This document shows, in pieces, positions 13,100 to 26,000 of a stretch of DNA of 64,000 nt (positions are counted from its first letter, which is position 1; the number at the start of each line of letters is the position of its first letter). Location of the stretch: the NCBI GenBank assembly GCA_002104905.1, contig MCFE01000200.1:62001-126000 (forward strand), written 5' to 3'. The position numbers and the translations under genes are program-made. Origin of the DNA: Basidiobolus meristosporus CBS 931.73. Its lineage: Eukaryota; Fungi; Basidiobolomycota. The notes beneath the pieces are model-generated. The model saw only the letters and a list, made by a program, of their open reading frames with translations. It was not told where the DNA came from and searched no databases.

Positions 13100-15250
13100 A
13101 GTTATGGGGGCTTAGAGGATTTATTACTACTTCTTGCCAAAGTCATGCCAGGATGCAACTTACCATGGACATGGTACAAGTGGACAACCATCATGTGGTT
13201 GGCAACATATGACTCAGAGACTGTCCTGACTCCAGCATGTGTTAAAAGTTGCATGGCATTTACATCCAAATATGCTACCATTGCAATGTGACCAAATTGT
13301 CAGGAATCCACCACCATTGAGGGAAAACATTGCTCACACTCTGGATATATTTCAGTAATACCCCATCTAAAGCAGCTAATGCAGTCCAACAAATATTGCA
13401 AAGCCTTACAGTACTGCTGTGGTAAGGTAAACATACCTCCCACAGACAAGTTTATTCATATAGCCATTATGATATGCTTAACCATATTTTATCTTATCAG
13501 TATTATCCCATTTTTCTTTTGCCCATATTATCAGTATTATCCCCATATGATGTTTACCCTGATTAGTTGTTAGCATTAGTTATCCCAGATGTTATTCAGC
13601 TTTGTGATCAATATATGTATCTTCATAAGGCAAGTACAGGCGTCAGTGCCTGTGACACATGAACTAGGGTTGTGTTACCATCCCTACCATTTCAATACTA
13701 CATATGGTATTTTTATGTTGCACTGGCTTCAGACTACTGATCCCTGATTGGTTGGATGAGCTGTGCCTTTTAGAACCTTCCAGGACATTCTTGGCATATT
13801 TTTAGCTCATAGTGATGTCATCAAGAATTCCACTGATGACTAGAATTGTCTAGAACCATTTCATTAGTAATCACTTGACAATCAGGAAAAGTATTTAAGG
13901 GAAAGCAATCCCTCATCAGTAAACCATCCCTTCTAGCAGTAACATTTCTCCCTTATTAATTAGCAGTAGATCACTGCACCTACCTTTAACAGTTACACCT
14001 CAGACTTGCCATCAGGGAGCTTTTCAGGATAGTGCACAAGACACACAGAGGCCTCTGAAGACACTTGGAGCAACTAGGAAGCTAGAGAAGCAGGAGCTTT
14101 TACCTTAGTGACGTATTGACAAAGACACTAGCAGTTTAGACACAGAAGTTATTGCACCCATCAGACACCTCACACACCTTGAGTTGTGTAGCTTCTCCCA
14201 GGAGTACCTCTGCACCACCACACTGCACTCAGTATCAATCAAGTGCAAACATATCCAACATATTTGATGGAAATCATTACAAACAGCTGAGAAGCAAGGG
14301 CTACTTTGAAGGTATCTATGACCATGCCTTTGCCTTGGCACTTGATGGATTCTCATTAAGCAAGTACTCTACCAGCAAATCCTGCTGTCTACTGATTCAC
14401 ATCAATCTGAATCTGCCGCCCATCCTACAGTATCCAAGCAATAATCTGATTGTAGTCTCACTGGTATCTGGGCCTGAACCACCATCCAACCTGGATAGCT
14501 ACCAGTATCCATTGCAAGATGAATTTTGTATGCCTTCCAGCAGGATAGCAGTAAATGGCTGTCATGTAAATGTGTATATTATTATCTGCATTGATGATAC
14601 CCCAGCCATCAGCTAGGTAGCAGGTTTTTCTGGGCACAATGGATGGTATTGCTGTCAAATTTGTGAGATCTAGGGGATTTGCTCTATAAGTCACACACTT
14701 TATTATAACCCAAACACCAGCACTAAGAATGTCATCTTCCCACAGAGAGAGTATACAAATGTCAGAATGCAGTTACAGCAAAGGTGGCAATCTATCAGCC
14801 ATTGGCCAGAATATGGAATCAATTGAAAACCAGAGATACTTAAGATAGATGGTATCTGTTGAATCAAAAGCTTTTCACTGTGAGCAATGCATTTGCTTTT
14901 CAATAATATCCCTATACTGATGACCAAGTTGTACATGGGGCATTTCAAGCTAAATGAGCCCTTTGAAATACCAGAGAAATTTGAAAGAACTGGCAAGATA
15001 TTACAGAATATTTGTTACCATTAGTGCTTCTCACAGGCTCCAATCAATATTCATATGCATATGGCACAATACTAATGCAAAGACTGGATGAACTAGATAT
15101 GTATTTATTCAGGTGGCACTCTGAAACCATTCCCACCAAGAGTACAGGAAGCATTGGGAGTCATATGCGGACATTGTAGGAATATTTATCCCAAAGCAGA
15201 TCATCAATGCCAACTTGACACATCTACAGCTGTTGTGCCTGGAGTTTGTA
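13100..15250 (+). pseudogene. Degenerate CACTA/EnSpm (tnp2-family) transposase interrupted by a ~0.8-kb insertion
   Basis: N-part ACVKSCMAFT-SKYA..*PNCQE at ~13235. Core ALALDGF...INLNLPP...NLIVVSLVSGPEPPSNLDSY.YPLQDE...DDTPAIS*..FSGHNGWYCCQIC at 14240-14680. Boundaries approximate. Confidence 0.75.
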
Positions 15251-15259
15251 ACAGGATTT

Positions 15260-15800
15260 GAGTGGCTATACCACAATTCAAGGTCAAGTAGAATGCGCTT
15301 GACTTGTTCCATGAGCATTATCCTGGATCTAAATGAGTAAACAGATTTTGGACTAGCAATGGTATGCTAGAAAGTATCTCCAGAAAAGCAGAAACTATCA
15401 AAGGCAGAAGAATAAGAGTGCAATTGCTGAAAACTAGTGGCTTCCTTAAGCACCTGTTACATGAAGAGCCAAAAGCTCCAAGCAAGCATCTAAGTGACAT
15501 CAAGTAGCTGGAAGAGTGCTGATAAGGGAAAAGCAGGCAGATATAGATGCACTGGCACAGCCATTATCCAGGAAAAAGGATAGTTCCACTCTAGAAGCAC
15601 TTGGTCAAAGTAGCAGTGAAGGACCTGGCAGTGATAAAAATCAGTGGCTACCTCAGGAGCCCATTACGGCATGGGCTGAGAGCTCAAAACAAGCAGGAAA
15701 AAAGTGTCATGTTGCCCACAGAGTGCCAGCAAGTGACAAGCAGGCCAAAACAGATGCATCTGAGAAGGATTCATCAAGGAGAAAGCAAGGTTCAATACAA
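15260..15800 (+). repeat. CACTA-associated segment homologous to 6950-7520, with an internal ~207-bp duplication
   Basis: Shared sequences such as gttccatgagcattatcctggat and gtagcagtgaa(a/g)gacctggcagtgataaa. Confidence 0.75.
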
Positions 15801-16599
15801 GAAGTGTGGTAATGGAAAGTATTCCATTACAACACATCTCAAAACCAATATTGCACTCATTTTTTTATTTTACTTTTTGCTATTGTAACACACAAGTGAA
15901 GGATCAGGAATTTCCAACTTTGAAGGACAAATGCTCCAGACCCTGACAAGAAATACACCCAGAAATAATATGTCATGCAGAACACTCAGTAGCCAACACA
16001 TGCTGCCACTTACAGCTCATTTGATTCAGTGCTTAAGGAGCTTCAATCCAACAAGTCAAATTATCATATATACTAGGCCTCTATTGGTAGGATTACTATG
16101 GTGACTTCAATTGCTTGTAACTTTTAAACCAGCCAATCAATTTATGTGGAATTTTCACAGGTACTGCGCCTATGTCTGATCTGTGCCACTGCAAGATTTA
16201 GCTTTGCATCACATGTATTGCTTCTGCAATTGCTCAAAAACTCTGATCCTCAGAATTTTCATATATATTACTTCCCCAGCTGAAAAATAAAGGAGAGCCT
16301 TTATTTCCAGAATCTCTACACTACAATTACAAGCTCAATGGCTATAGGACTTCCCCTGCATCACTTGCAATGTTGAGTATTCTGACTTTGATTGGTACTA
16401 CATTGGTAAAGAGACTGCAAAGCTCACAAGAATTCAATATAAGTTGTACAAGAAAACTACCCCTTTTATGTTGAAAAAGTCCCCTCTGAGAAACCCCTTT
16501 ACTGAGGGTCATTGCTTACAAGCTGCTGATATCATAACAGTCTCCTGAAAGCATCCTGAAGGCTGATATGGGTTAGATCCACCTGCAGGACCAAGTTAA

Positions 16600-19500
16600 T
16601 TTTCACAGGGTTCTTGAATTAGATGAAATTGCTCCTTGGCAGTAAAGCAAGGTGTTTCTTATGGTGGATCTTCTGGACATATTCCAAGCATGATATACAT
16701 AAGACTGCCATACATATATTGATAAGGAAAGTCAGAGCTTTCAGGTAGCACCTAGCTCCCTTGGTTTGGTTGAGTTTTGACAAAGTTAAAGTTTTTCTCC
16801 ATAGGGGTAGCAGCCAGTTTACAGTCTTCTATCTTGTACTTCTTTAGTATATCTTGAATATATTCACAGCCCCAATGGTGGTTATCTTGGTCTGCAAACC
16901 CATCAGGCTGGCTCATATGCACATGCTCAGCATGTTCTTCATACAAAAATGCAGGCTTTATATCCATATAATGTAAAAAAACGTATATTTGGCTGCAATA
17001 GCCATTATTAATCTGATGGGATTAAACTTGGCTACCAGTGCAAAGGTCTTAGTATAGTCAAGTCTTTTTGTTTGAGAGTATCCTTTGGCACAAGTCTGGC
17101 TTTGTGTGTTTCAATTTTATCATCAGTCATGTATTGTGTCTTGAGGAACCATCTGCATCCAATTGAATTTTGGTTCACTGGTAACTTGACTAAGCTCCAA
17201 GTTTGATTTTCCATCAGGGCCTGATACTCCTTAATCATTGCAGATCCTGAAAACTCTGTCTGAGGACTATTTAAGGCCTCTTTTACAGTCTTGGGCTTGT
17301 CAATATGGACTGAATAGGCGTAGGCTAAGTTTTTGTCCTCAATGATTCAGTAGTTGCTCTATTTCTGGTCAGGTTGACTCTCCTGGCTTGTGAAGCTGGA
17401 GGCACTACTTCTGAGATATTACTGGGCCCTGACTCAGGCTAAACCACGGCTGTAGAGTCCTCTGCAACAGGTCACTATGGCCTTCAGAGTGCCCTGTGTA
17501 TCTCCTCTACTGACTATCACTGCTTATTAAAGCATCTTCTTCTTTCTTCCTGTTGGTGCTTGATTTTCTTGATTCTTCATCCAGGAGCCTTCCATATGTG
17601 TAATTTAAGGCCAAATCTTCAGTTCTGGACTCTAGAACTGACACAAGGCCCTGAAACCTGTTTGTCAGGCTATTCAGGATGGTATTTATCAGATCCTCAT
17701 CAGTAGTTGGCACACCCATACATTTCATCTCATCCACCAGCAGGGTAAGCATGGATGAAAAAATGTTTAATATCATTTATAATTTCATTGACCTACCCTT
17801 GGTTAATGCACGTAAATACAACCACAAAACTACTAAAACACCCTCTGAAAATTTTTTGGAACATATTCCAGGCTGCTTCATCTGCGGAATCTAATACACC
17901 CCCTTTTGCAACAAAAATAACATAATGAAATAAAAGTTTGATTTTACATACTTGATCAATGAAATCTTTAATATGCTAAATTGCTCCTTCTCTACTTGCT
18001 TTGGCAGATCTATTAGATGGGCCCATAGTATCAACCATATACCATCTGCACCCAAATCCAATGGTGGCCTTTTCTGTTACTTGACCTCCTCCTGCACCAA
18101 TTGGGAAACAATTTTCTTCATCAGATACAATCAATTGTTCAACTAAAGCACTGGCAATACTATATTTTGTCTTCCTAAAGGTTTTGCATTTCTTCTACTG
18201 GCAGCATCTTTGTAGTAAAGAGTTTTAGCCTCAGAAACATTTTCTTAGCAGCTGAACATGACTGGTAGGTGTCTCCCAATAGGCTTGTTCTGTTGGATAG
18301 TGCCACATTGAGCCATGAGTGCCAAATGATGCCATAGTGTGCTAGAGAGGTAAAGTGAGCCTATACTTGGCCACAGAGTGTGAAACATAGCTCTGCATCT
18401 TTATTTAAAGCAGCCCCTGTGTTTCACCCATAGCACGGGAGAAAATCCATTTTTTGACCTTTTTTTGTGGATCAATGTAGCTCAGGATGTGTAAGAGCCC
18501 AATCAGATGGAAGATATGCATCTGGTACTCAATACCCATGGCACTCTGAATCTAACTCCTGTAGCTTGTATCATGTCACAAAAATGAATGGCACTATCTT
18601 GGTCCACTGGTACTATCTGGCACTATATTTAAATATTAGCCCTAAAGTAAGATCTATACAAAGCACTTATAGTGCCAGATAGTGCCAGTGGACCAAGATA
18701 GTGCCATTCATTTTTGTGACATGATACAAGCTACAGGAGCTAGAATCAGAATGCCATGGGTATTGAGTATCAGATGCATATCTTCCATCTGCTTGTGCTC
18801 TAACACATCCTGCGCAACATTGATCCAAAAAAAAAGGTCAAGAAATAGAATTTCTCCAACACAAATGGTGAAACACAGGGGCTGCTTTGCATGAAGATGC
18901 AAAGCTATGTTTCATACTCTGTGGCCAGGTAGAGGCTCACTTGGCCTCTCTGGCACACTATGGCATCATTTGGCACTCATGGCTCAATGTGGCACTATCC
19001 TACAGAACAAGTCTAATGCCTTCCAGGAATTCTTTGCTGCTTTTGCTTTTGATCATTGATTTGGCATTTTGTCTTTGACATTAAGGCATATGCAACTAAA
19101 GGCACTATTTTCTTTCTTCTGGTACCATAAGGATTCCTCTCCCACATTCTTATGAGGGCATTCTTCTCCCATGACAATATCCAAAAGGCACTTTCTTGTA
19201 GTAGCATCTTCATCTTCACCTTCCATACTTGGTGGTTAGATTCATCCAACTTTTCAGCTGAGGGATAATTCTGGTAATTGCAGTGGTGGAAGTTGCAGAT
19301 AGTGACAACCTGGAGCTCATAACCTGCTGTAAGAGTTTTGGAGATATGTGAAGTGATAGGGAGACATTTAGATTATGTGGTTTTCACTGAATGATTTATT
19401 GAATATAAAAGTGGTGTATGTACTTTAACATAATCTTAGCATGATAATCATGTAGAATAGGGATAGAAAGGTCCTCAGAACATGTGTGCAAGGTTTGGAG

Positions 19501-19672
19501 CTGTTTGAACAACTTGTCTGATTTTCATGTTCTGGGTACCTGATATTTTGGTGAAAATATTATAAGTGAGTCCCAACAGGGAATTTGGTCAGTATTCTCC
19601 AGGATCTGAAGGTAATGATCTAAGTGACTAAGTTAGGTGAGTATATAGGTGGAATTACAAATCTTTATAATA
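16600..19672 (-). mobile_element. Ty1/Copia element B, heavily deleted (RT remnant, gag remnant, LTR at 19325-19672), MITE inserted in gag
   Basis: ORF pieces MIKEYQALMENQTWSLVKLP, TDEDLINTILNSL and YQVWKVKMKMLL-like. PBS at 19311-19324. Left boundary approximate. Confidence 0.8.
18281..19014. mobile_element. 734-bp palindromic (foldback) MITE
   Basis: Arms 18281-18626 and 18669-19014 (346 bp each) are inverted repeats around a 42-bp spacer. TSD AAT at 18278-18280 and 19015-19017. Removing it restores Copia gag sequence (cf. 29655-29680). Confidence 0.93.
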
Positions 19673-22600
19673 CTCCCACTCAGCTAAATGCTCATGATAG
19701 CTAGTCCTAATTTTGACCTAAGTTATTCAAAGTTGTCTCTGCTTAATATATATATGCAGAGCTCTAACATGAAAAGTTGGATTTTTACCTAATTGAACAC
19801 ATCCTTGATTATCTTGAAATAAAGTGACAGGTGTTTTTTGACATAGGCCTACATCTGTAAAAAGCTTTCTTACCACATTGCTTCTTTTGTAGCTTCACAA
19901 GCTGCCATATACTCTGCCTCTGTGGTGAAAAGTGCTACTGTTGGTTGCTTTCTTGAATTCCATGAAATTACTCCTTGACAGTAATGAAAGGTGTATCCTG
20001 TGGTGGATCTTCTGTCTTCTAGATTCTGTCCCCAATTGGCATCAGAGTGTTCAATATGATCCTGTTCTGAATCCTCATTGGTGTATCTTAAGCAGGTCTC
20101 AGCAGTTCCTTTTAGGTATTTGAAAATCTGCTTAACTGCTGCAATATGATCAGATCCATAGTTCTAATTATGCTGGCTGACAACTCCCACTGAGTATGAG
20201 ATATCTGGGCATGCTCCAAGCATAACATAGATCAGAATGCCAACCGTCAACTGATAAGAAAAGTCAGGGCATTCAGATGGCACCAAGCTCTCTTGATCTG
20301 GTTGAGCTTTGACCAATTTAAGGTTTGTCTCCATTAGGGTAGCTGCTATTTTACAGTCTTCCATAAGGTACTTCTTTATGTTGTAAGAGTCTTGGAGATA
20401 TTGGAAGTGATTTGGGAGGACAAGTAGATTACGTGGTTTTCACTTAATGATTTATTGAATGTTAAAGTAGTATTTATACTTTTACCTGGTCTTGGCTTAC
20501 TAACACTTAGAATAGGTTAAGGAAGATCCCAAGAACATGTGTGCAAAGTTTGGGGCTGTTTGGACAACTTTGAGAATTTTCATGTTCGGGGTACCTGGTA
20601 TTTTGGTGAAAATATTCTAAATAAATCCCAACAAGGAATTTGGTCAGTATTCTCTAGGATTTGAGGGTAATGATCTAAGTGACTAAGTTAGGTGAATATC
20701 TAAGTGGAATTACAAATTTTTACAATGCTTTAGTATATCATGAATATACTTGGATTGGCTTAGGATGATAGTTAAGGTACTTATGTCTATGTATAACTTC
20801 AACCCTAAGTGGTTACTGAGTCCTCCTACATCAGACATCTTGAACTCTTTAGATAGATTAGATTTAGTCTCTTCCAATGTTGCTAGGTTATTGGCAACTA
20901 TAATAAGATTATCCACATATAGAGCTAATAGAACTGGATTTCCTCTATCTGGTGGACAGTGTATACTGTAGTCAGTATTACTCCTTCTGAAACTCAAAGA
21001 TTCCAAATAAGAATCTGCTTTGCTATTCCAGGCTCTTGGGGATTGTTTGAGTCCATATAGAGACTTTTAAGCTTGCAGACCAATTGGGGGTTATCTTGGT
21101 CCACAAACTCATCAGGCTGGTCCATATACATGCCCTCTTCAAGCTCTCCATTGAAATGAAGCTTTGATATCCACTTGATGAATAAAAAACTTATATTTGG
21201 CTGCAATAGCCACTGTCAGTCTGATGGAATTAAACTTGGCTACCAGTGCAAAGGTCTCAGTATAGTCAAGTCCTTTTGTTTGAGAGTATCCTTTGGCCAC
21301 AAGTCTAGCTTTGTATCTTTCAATTGTACCATTGGACTTGTATTTTGTCTGAAAGACCCATCTGCATCCAATTGATTTTTGGTTGATTGGTAATTTGACC
21401 AAGTCCCAAGTTTGATTTTCCATTAGGGCCTGATATTCCTCAGTCATTGCAGATCTCCAAAACTCTGACTGTGGGCAATTGAGGGCCGCTTTTACAGTCT
21501 GGGGCTCATCAATATGGACTGAATAGGCATAGGCTAATTTGAACCCTCATTGATATATAACTGGACTATTTCTTTTAGGGTTGGCTATCCAGGCATTTGA
21601 TACTGGAATGATCACTTCTAGGAAATTCCTGGGAACTGATTCAGGCTGAATTATGGTGGTAGAGTCCTCTGGAGTGAAAATATTTTTAATGTTTTGCTCT
21701 GACTCAATCCTGATAATTGGTGGACTTGAAATTAGATTTTTATCATCATCTGACGTCATTTTTTGTGAAAATTTTGAATTTTCATCAAACAACACATCCC
21801 TGGACTGAATCAGCTTCTTTGCTTTGGTATTGTAGAGTCTGTGTGCTTTACTTTCATTGTAGTAGCTCAAAAATAAGCATTTTACACTCTGTGGCCTCAA
21901 TTCTGACTGATTTCCAGGCAGTTTCTTGGCATATGCTATACAACCAAATATTCTCAGATGTTCTGCCCTTGGTCTGTGTCCATACCATGCTTCAAAAGAA
22001 GTAGTATGGTAAAGTACTTGGTTACAGCTCCAATTTTTAAGGTATACAACTTTGGCAACTGATTCTGCCCAAAATTTGTAGGATAATTTTTGATCAATGG
22101 ATCATAGATCTTGCCATATTAATTTTTTGATCTGGTTGCATGTTCTGCTACTCCATTTTGTTGTGGGGAGTATGGTACAGTGGCTTCTTACTTTATCCCA
22201 TGAATTCTGCTGAAGTGGATGAAGAGTCTAGAGGCATATTCTCCACCATTGTCAGAGCTTATTTTCTTGATTTTTTCATCAGTGTCACTCTTCACCATGG
22301 CTTAAAGCACCCTGAACTTGGACAGAGCTTCTTTCTTTCTCTCCATGAAGTCAACCCATGTGTATCTTGTGTAATCATCAATAAAAGTGATTAAATAATT
22401 CATCCTGCCTAAGGATATATTTGCATAGGTCCACACAGATCTGAATGAATTAGATCTAATTTTTTTAGTTTAATTAACCCAGGGCTCTTGAACAGATATC
22501 TGGCTTGTTTCCCATATATTCAGGCTTCACAGTGTTCCATATTAGCTGGGGGATCAATTTTTACTCCAAAAGTTAGCTGATCTTTGATTGTTTTGCGCAA

Positions 22601-24253
22601 ATAATCAAAATTGATGTGTCCAAATCTCCTGTTCCAAAGCACTGGTGGTTCTTCATTTAGGTTACTTGTATTGGCATCCAGATAAGATGGAATACAAGGC
22701 AACTTATACAGATTCTGATCTCTGATACCCAAAGCAATATAAGCATCATTTTAGTCAGTGATCCTCATCAGAATTGTCAAAGTTGAAACTGAGTCCTTCT
22801 GCTGTGGCCTTTTTTACAGATTGTAGATTCTTAGCTATTTCTGGTGCATAGAATGCTTCATCAAAGGTCAGTGTATGGGTTCCTTCACTGCTTCTAAGGC
22901 TTACTTGGATAGTTCCTTCTCCCACTGCATTGAGTGTTCTATTGTTGCCCATCAAAACCTTCCTAATTGGAATTTCTTGAGATTAGGTAAGAGGTTGTTT
23001 TTGTTGTGCAAAGTGCAGAGATGCTCCATAGTCAATATACCACATCTGAGAATTCTTGGATGTGGCCATATTTATTGCAGATATGAATAGTCTTACTGCA
23101 GTTGTTCCAGCATTTCCATATTCAGGCTTTTTCTGCTCACTATCAATCTTTTTGAAGCACCAGTCTAGTTGTGTGTCCTCTCCTTTTGCAGTGGTTGCAA
23201 AACAGGTTGCTATTGCCTTTAAAAGGTCTTGGGTATCTTTGCTACTGGCAATCATTGCTTATAAAAGCATTTTCTTTTTTCTTCTTATTGGCACTTGGTT
23301 TTCTTAATTCTTCATCCAGGAGCCTTCTATATATGTAATTTAAGATCAAATCTTCAGTTCAGAACTCTAGGGCTGATACAAGGCCCTGAAGCTTTTCTGT
23401 CAGGCTATTCAGGATGGTTACTATCACACCCTCATCAGTAGTTGATATGCCCACAGATACCACCTCATCCACCAATAGGGTAATTCTGTTAATTAGATTT
23501 TTCATTTCTTCTCCTGGCAGCATCTTTGTAGTAAAGAATTTTTGCCTAAAGTACATATCTTGGCCGCTAAGCATGACTGGTAGATGTCTTCTAATGCCTT
23601 CAAGGCATTCTTTGCCAGTTTTGCTCTTGAGCTTTGGATTGGCAATTTGTCTTTGACATCAAGGCAAATGCAGTTAAAGGCACTTTGTTCTTTCTTCTGG
23701 TACTTTAAGAACTCCTCTGCCATGTTTTTAGGAGGGTATTCTTCTCCCATGACAATTTCCCAAAGGCCTCTTTTTTGTAGCAGCATCTTTATCTTCACCT
23801 TCCACACTTGGTAGTTGCATCCATTCAACTTCTCAGGAGAGGGAGAATTTCCAGTAATATCAGTAGTAGCAATTACAGAGAGTGACAGCTCTGGGCACAT
23901 AATCTGTTGCAAGAGTCTTGCTGATATTAGAAGTGATTAGGAGAACAATCAGCTTATGTGGTTTTCACTTAATGATTTATTGAATGTAAGAATAGTATTT
24001 ATACTTTTACATGGTCTTGGCATAACAAGCATGTAGAATAGGTTCAGGAAGGTCCCAAGAGCATGTGTGTAAAGTTTAGGGCTGCTTGGACAACTTTGAG
24101 AATTTTCATGTTCTGGGTACCTGGTATTTTGGTGAAAATATTCTAAATAAATCCTGACAAGGATTTTGGTCAGTATTCTCTAGGATTTGAAGGTAATGAT
24201 CAAAGTCACTCAGATAGAAGAATACTTAGGTGGATTTACAAACTTTTGCAATA
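19325..24253 (-). mobile_element. Ty1/Copia element C, degenerate, LTRs 19325-19672 and 23905-24253
   Basis: gag, integrase and RT fragments (ERYKARLVAKGYSQ, LYVDNLII). PPT-like sequence at 19673-19685, PBS-like sequence next to 23905. Confidence 0.85.
20379..20727 (-). repeat. Solo Copia LTR inserted in the RT of element C
   Basis: Full LTR sequence with 5-bp TSD CTTTA at 20374-20378 and 20728-20732. Host RT rejoins as gtacttctttagtatatc. Confidence 0.9.
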
Positions 24254-25146
24254 GGATCAGCCAAATGGCATTTTGGATTCTGAAGACACTGAGAAGATCA
24301 GTTAGCCTTGCAACCCAAGCTCAAGGCTGAAAATAACTATCAGGAGAATAAGGATAGTCAAAGCCCTTGTTAAGGAGAATCTTGCTTCTGCCAGTATATT
24401 CTGACAAGACAAAAGCAGCTGTATCAATTCAAATCAATAGAAGTACTCTAAGCACAGCTACCAAATAACCTGTGGTATTGTCTGATACCAAACTAGGAAA
24501 ACCAATTACTAGATGGGCATCAAATCTATTATAAATTAAGTAATCAATCCAAAGAAAGTCAGTGATATCTAAGGAAGACAAAGATGGCCATTCTGGATCA
24601 TTTTTTGTGGATCTGAATCACTAAACAGACATAGCCCAAGGTAGGTCATTACTTCTTACCTTGTATAACATATATACTATGGAACTAACTGTCCCCCAGC
24701 CTAATATGGACACATAGAGCTGTTATCTAAATGAAATTGACTCTTGCCTGGAAACAAGAAAGCTCCAGATCTGCTGTAAATGAAAAAACCTTAGCTTGAG
24801 CAAAGGTGGGCCAGTTTTGCTGTTATAAGAAGCATTGAATAGCCCAGAGGCTTTATATCATTATTATGCTCTGACATTCAGACCCAGCTCATTATATGAG
24901 CCTGTGCAAGTGATCAAAGATGATTATTAGTATTTTGATTGGATTGTTCTGATCTTTATGAGTGCTATCAAGTAAATATGCACATTGAGTTGCAAGTCAC
25001 CTGTTGAATTAACTTGAACACAAATGCATATACTGTTGGATAATATATCAGTCCAGTATGCAATATGGTTAAATTTTTGGGCTGCATTACAGATTGCCCA
25101 CTCTAAATATTTATTTGTTACTTATGAAAATTTTGTTGAGTGGAAG

Positions 25147-25495
25147 TGTTGTAATTATTAGGTTGTCACTTGAGTATTCATGCTAACTTAGCCACATAGA
25201 TCTTTTTCTGAGATTAGCTTTCTGTCCTGACCAAATTTCTTGTTGGGATTTGCCTACAATATTTTCACCATAGTATCAGGTACCCAGATTATGATTGTTT
25301 GCAAAGTTGTCCAATAGCCCCCACACTTTGCACACAAACTCTTATGAACTTCCTTAGCGAGCTTAACACACTTGTTTGCTCTACTTTATCAAAAGTACAA
25401 ATACCATACTTTTGATCAATAATTCTACAAGTGAATAACATGTAAATCCACTAGCTCCCCATATCACTTCAAATACTCCTCCAAATATTGTGGCA
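25147..25495 (+). repeat. Divergent solo LTR of a related Copia family, opposite orientation
   Basis: Starts TGTTGTAA; 25229-25340 matches the reverse complement of the family LTR core. No TSD found. Confidence 0.6.
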
Positions 25496-26000
25496 AGAAT
25501 GTCATCAAAATCCTGTCAAAGGACTGTTCAAACACTGCTAAGTTTATTTAAGTATTTAGCAGTAAAATCAGTAAAATTAATGTTGTGATCCCATCATAAG
25601 ATTGTAAGGAGGGTTGATAATTGCAAGCTGCTGGCATTATATGTTGTAAGAGTCTTGGAGATATTGGAAGTGATTGGGAGAACAAGTAGATTATGTGGTT
25701 TTCACTTAATGATTTATTGAATGTAAAAGTAGTATTTATACTTTTACCTGGTCTTGGCATTACAAACACATAGAATAGGTTAAGGAAGGTCCCAAGAACA
25801 TGTGTGCAAAGTTTGGGGCTGTTTGGACAACTTTGAGAATTTTCATGTTCTGGGTACCTGGTATTTTGGTGAAAATATTCTAAGTAAATCCCGACAAGGA
25901 ATTTGGTCAGTATTCTCTAGGATTTGAAGGTAATGATCTAAGTGACTAAGTTAGGTGAATATTTAGGTGGAATTACAAATTTTTACAACACTCCACTCAG

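Noticed and set aside
13651-14230. LTR-like insertion within the CACTA transposase (TATA-like gtatttaaggg)
   Set aside because: Probably a solo LTR of another family, but termini and TSD could not be fixed and there is no second copy in the window.
16040-16500. GDFN motif (16100-16111) suggesting a LINE endonuclease remnant
   Set aside because: A single short motif in stop-ridden sequence; no supporting domains recognised.
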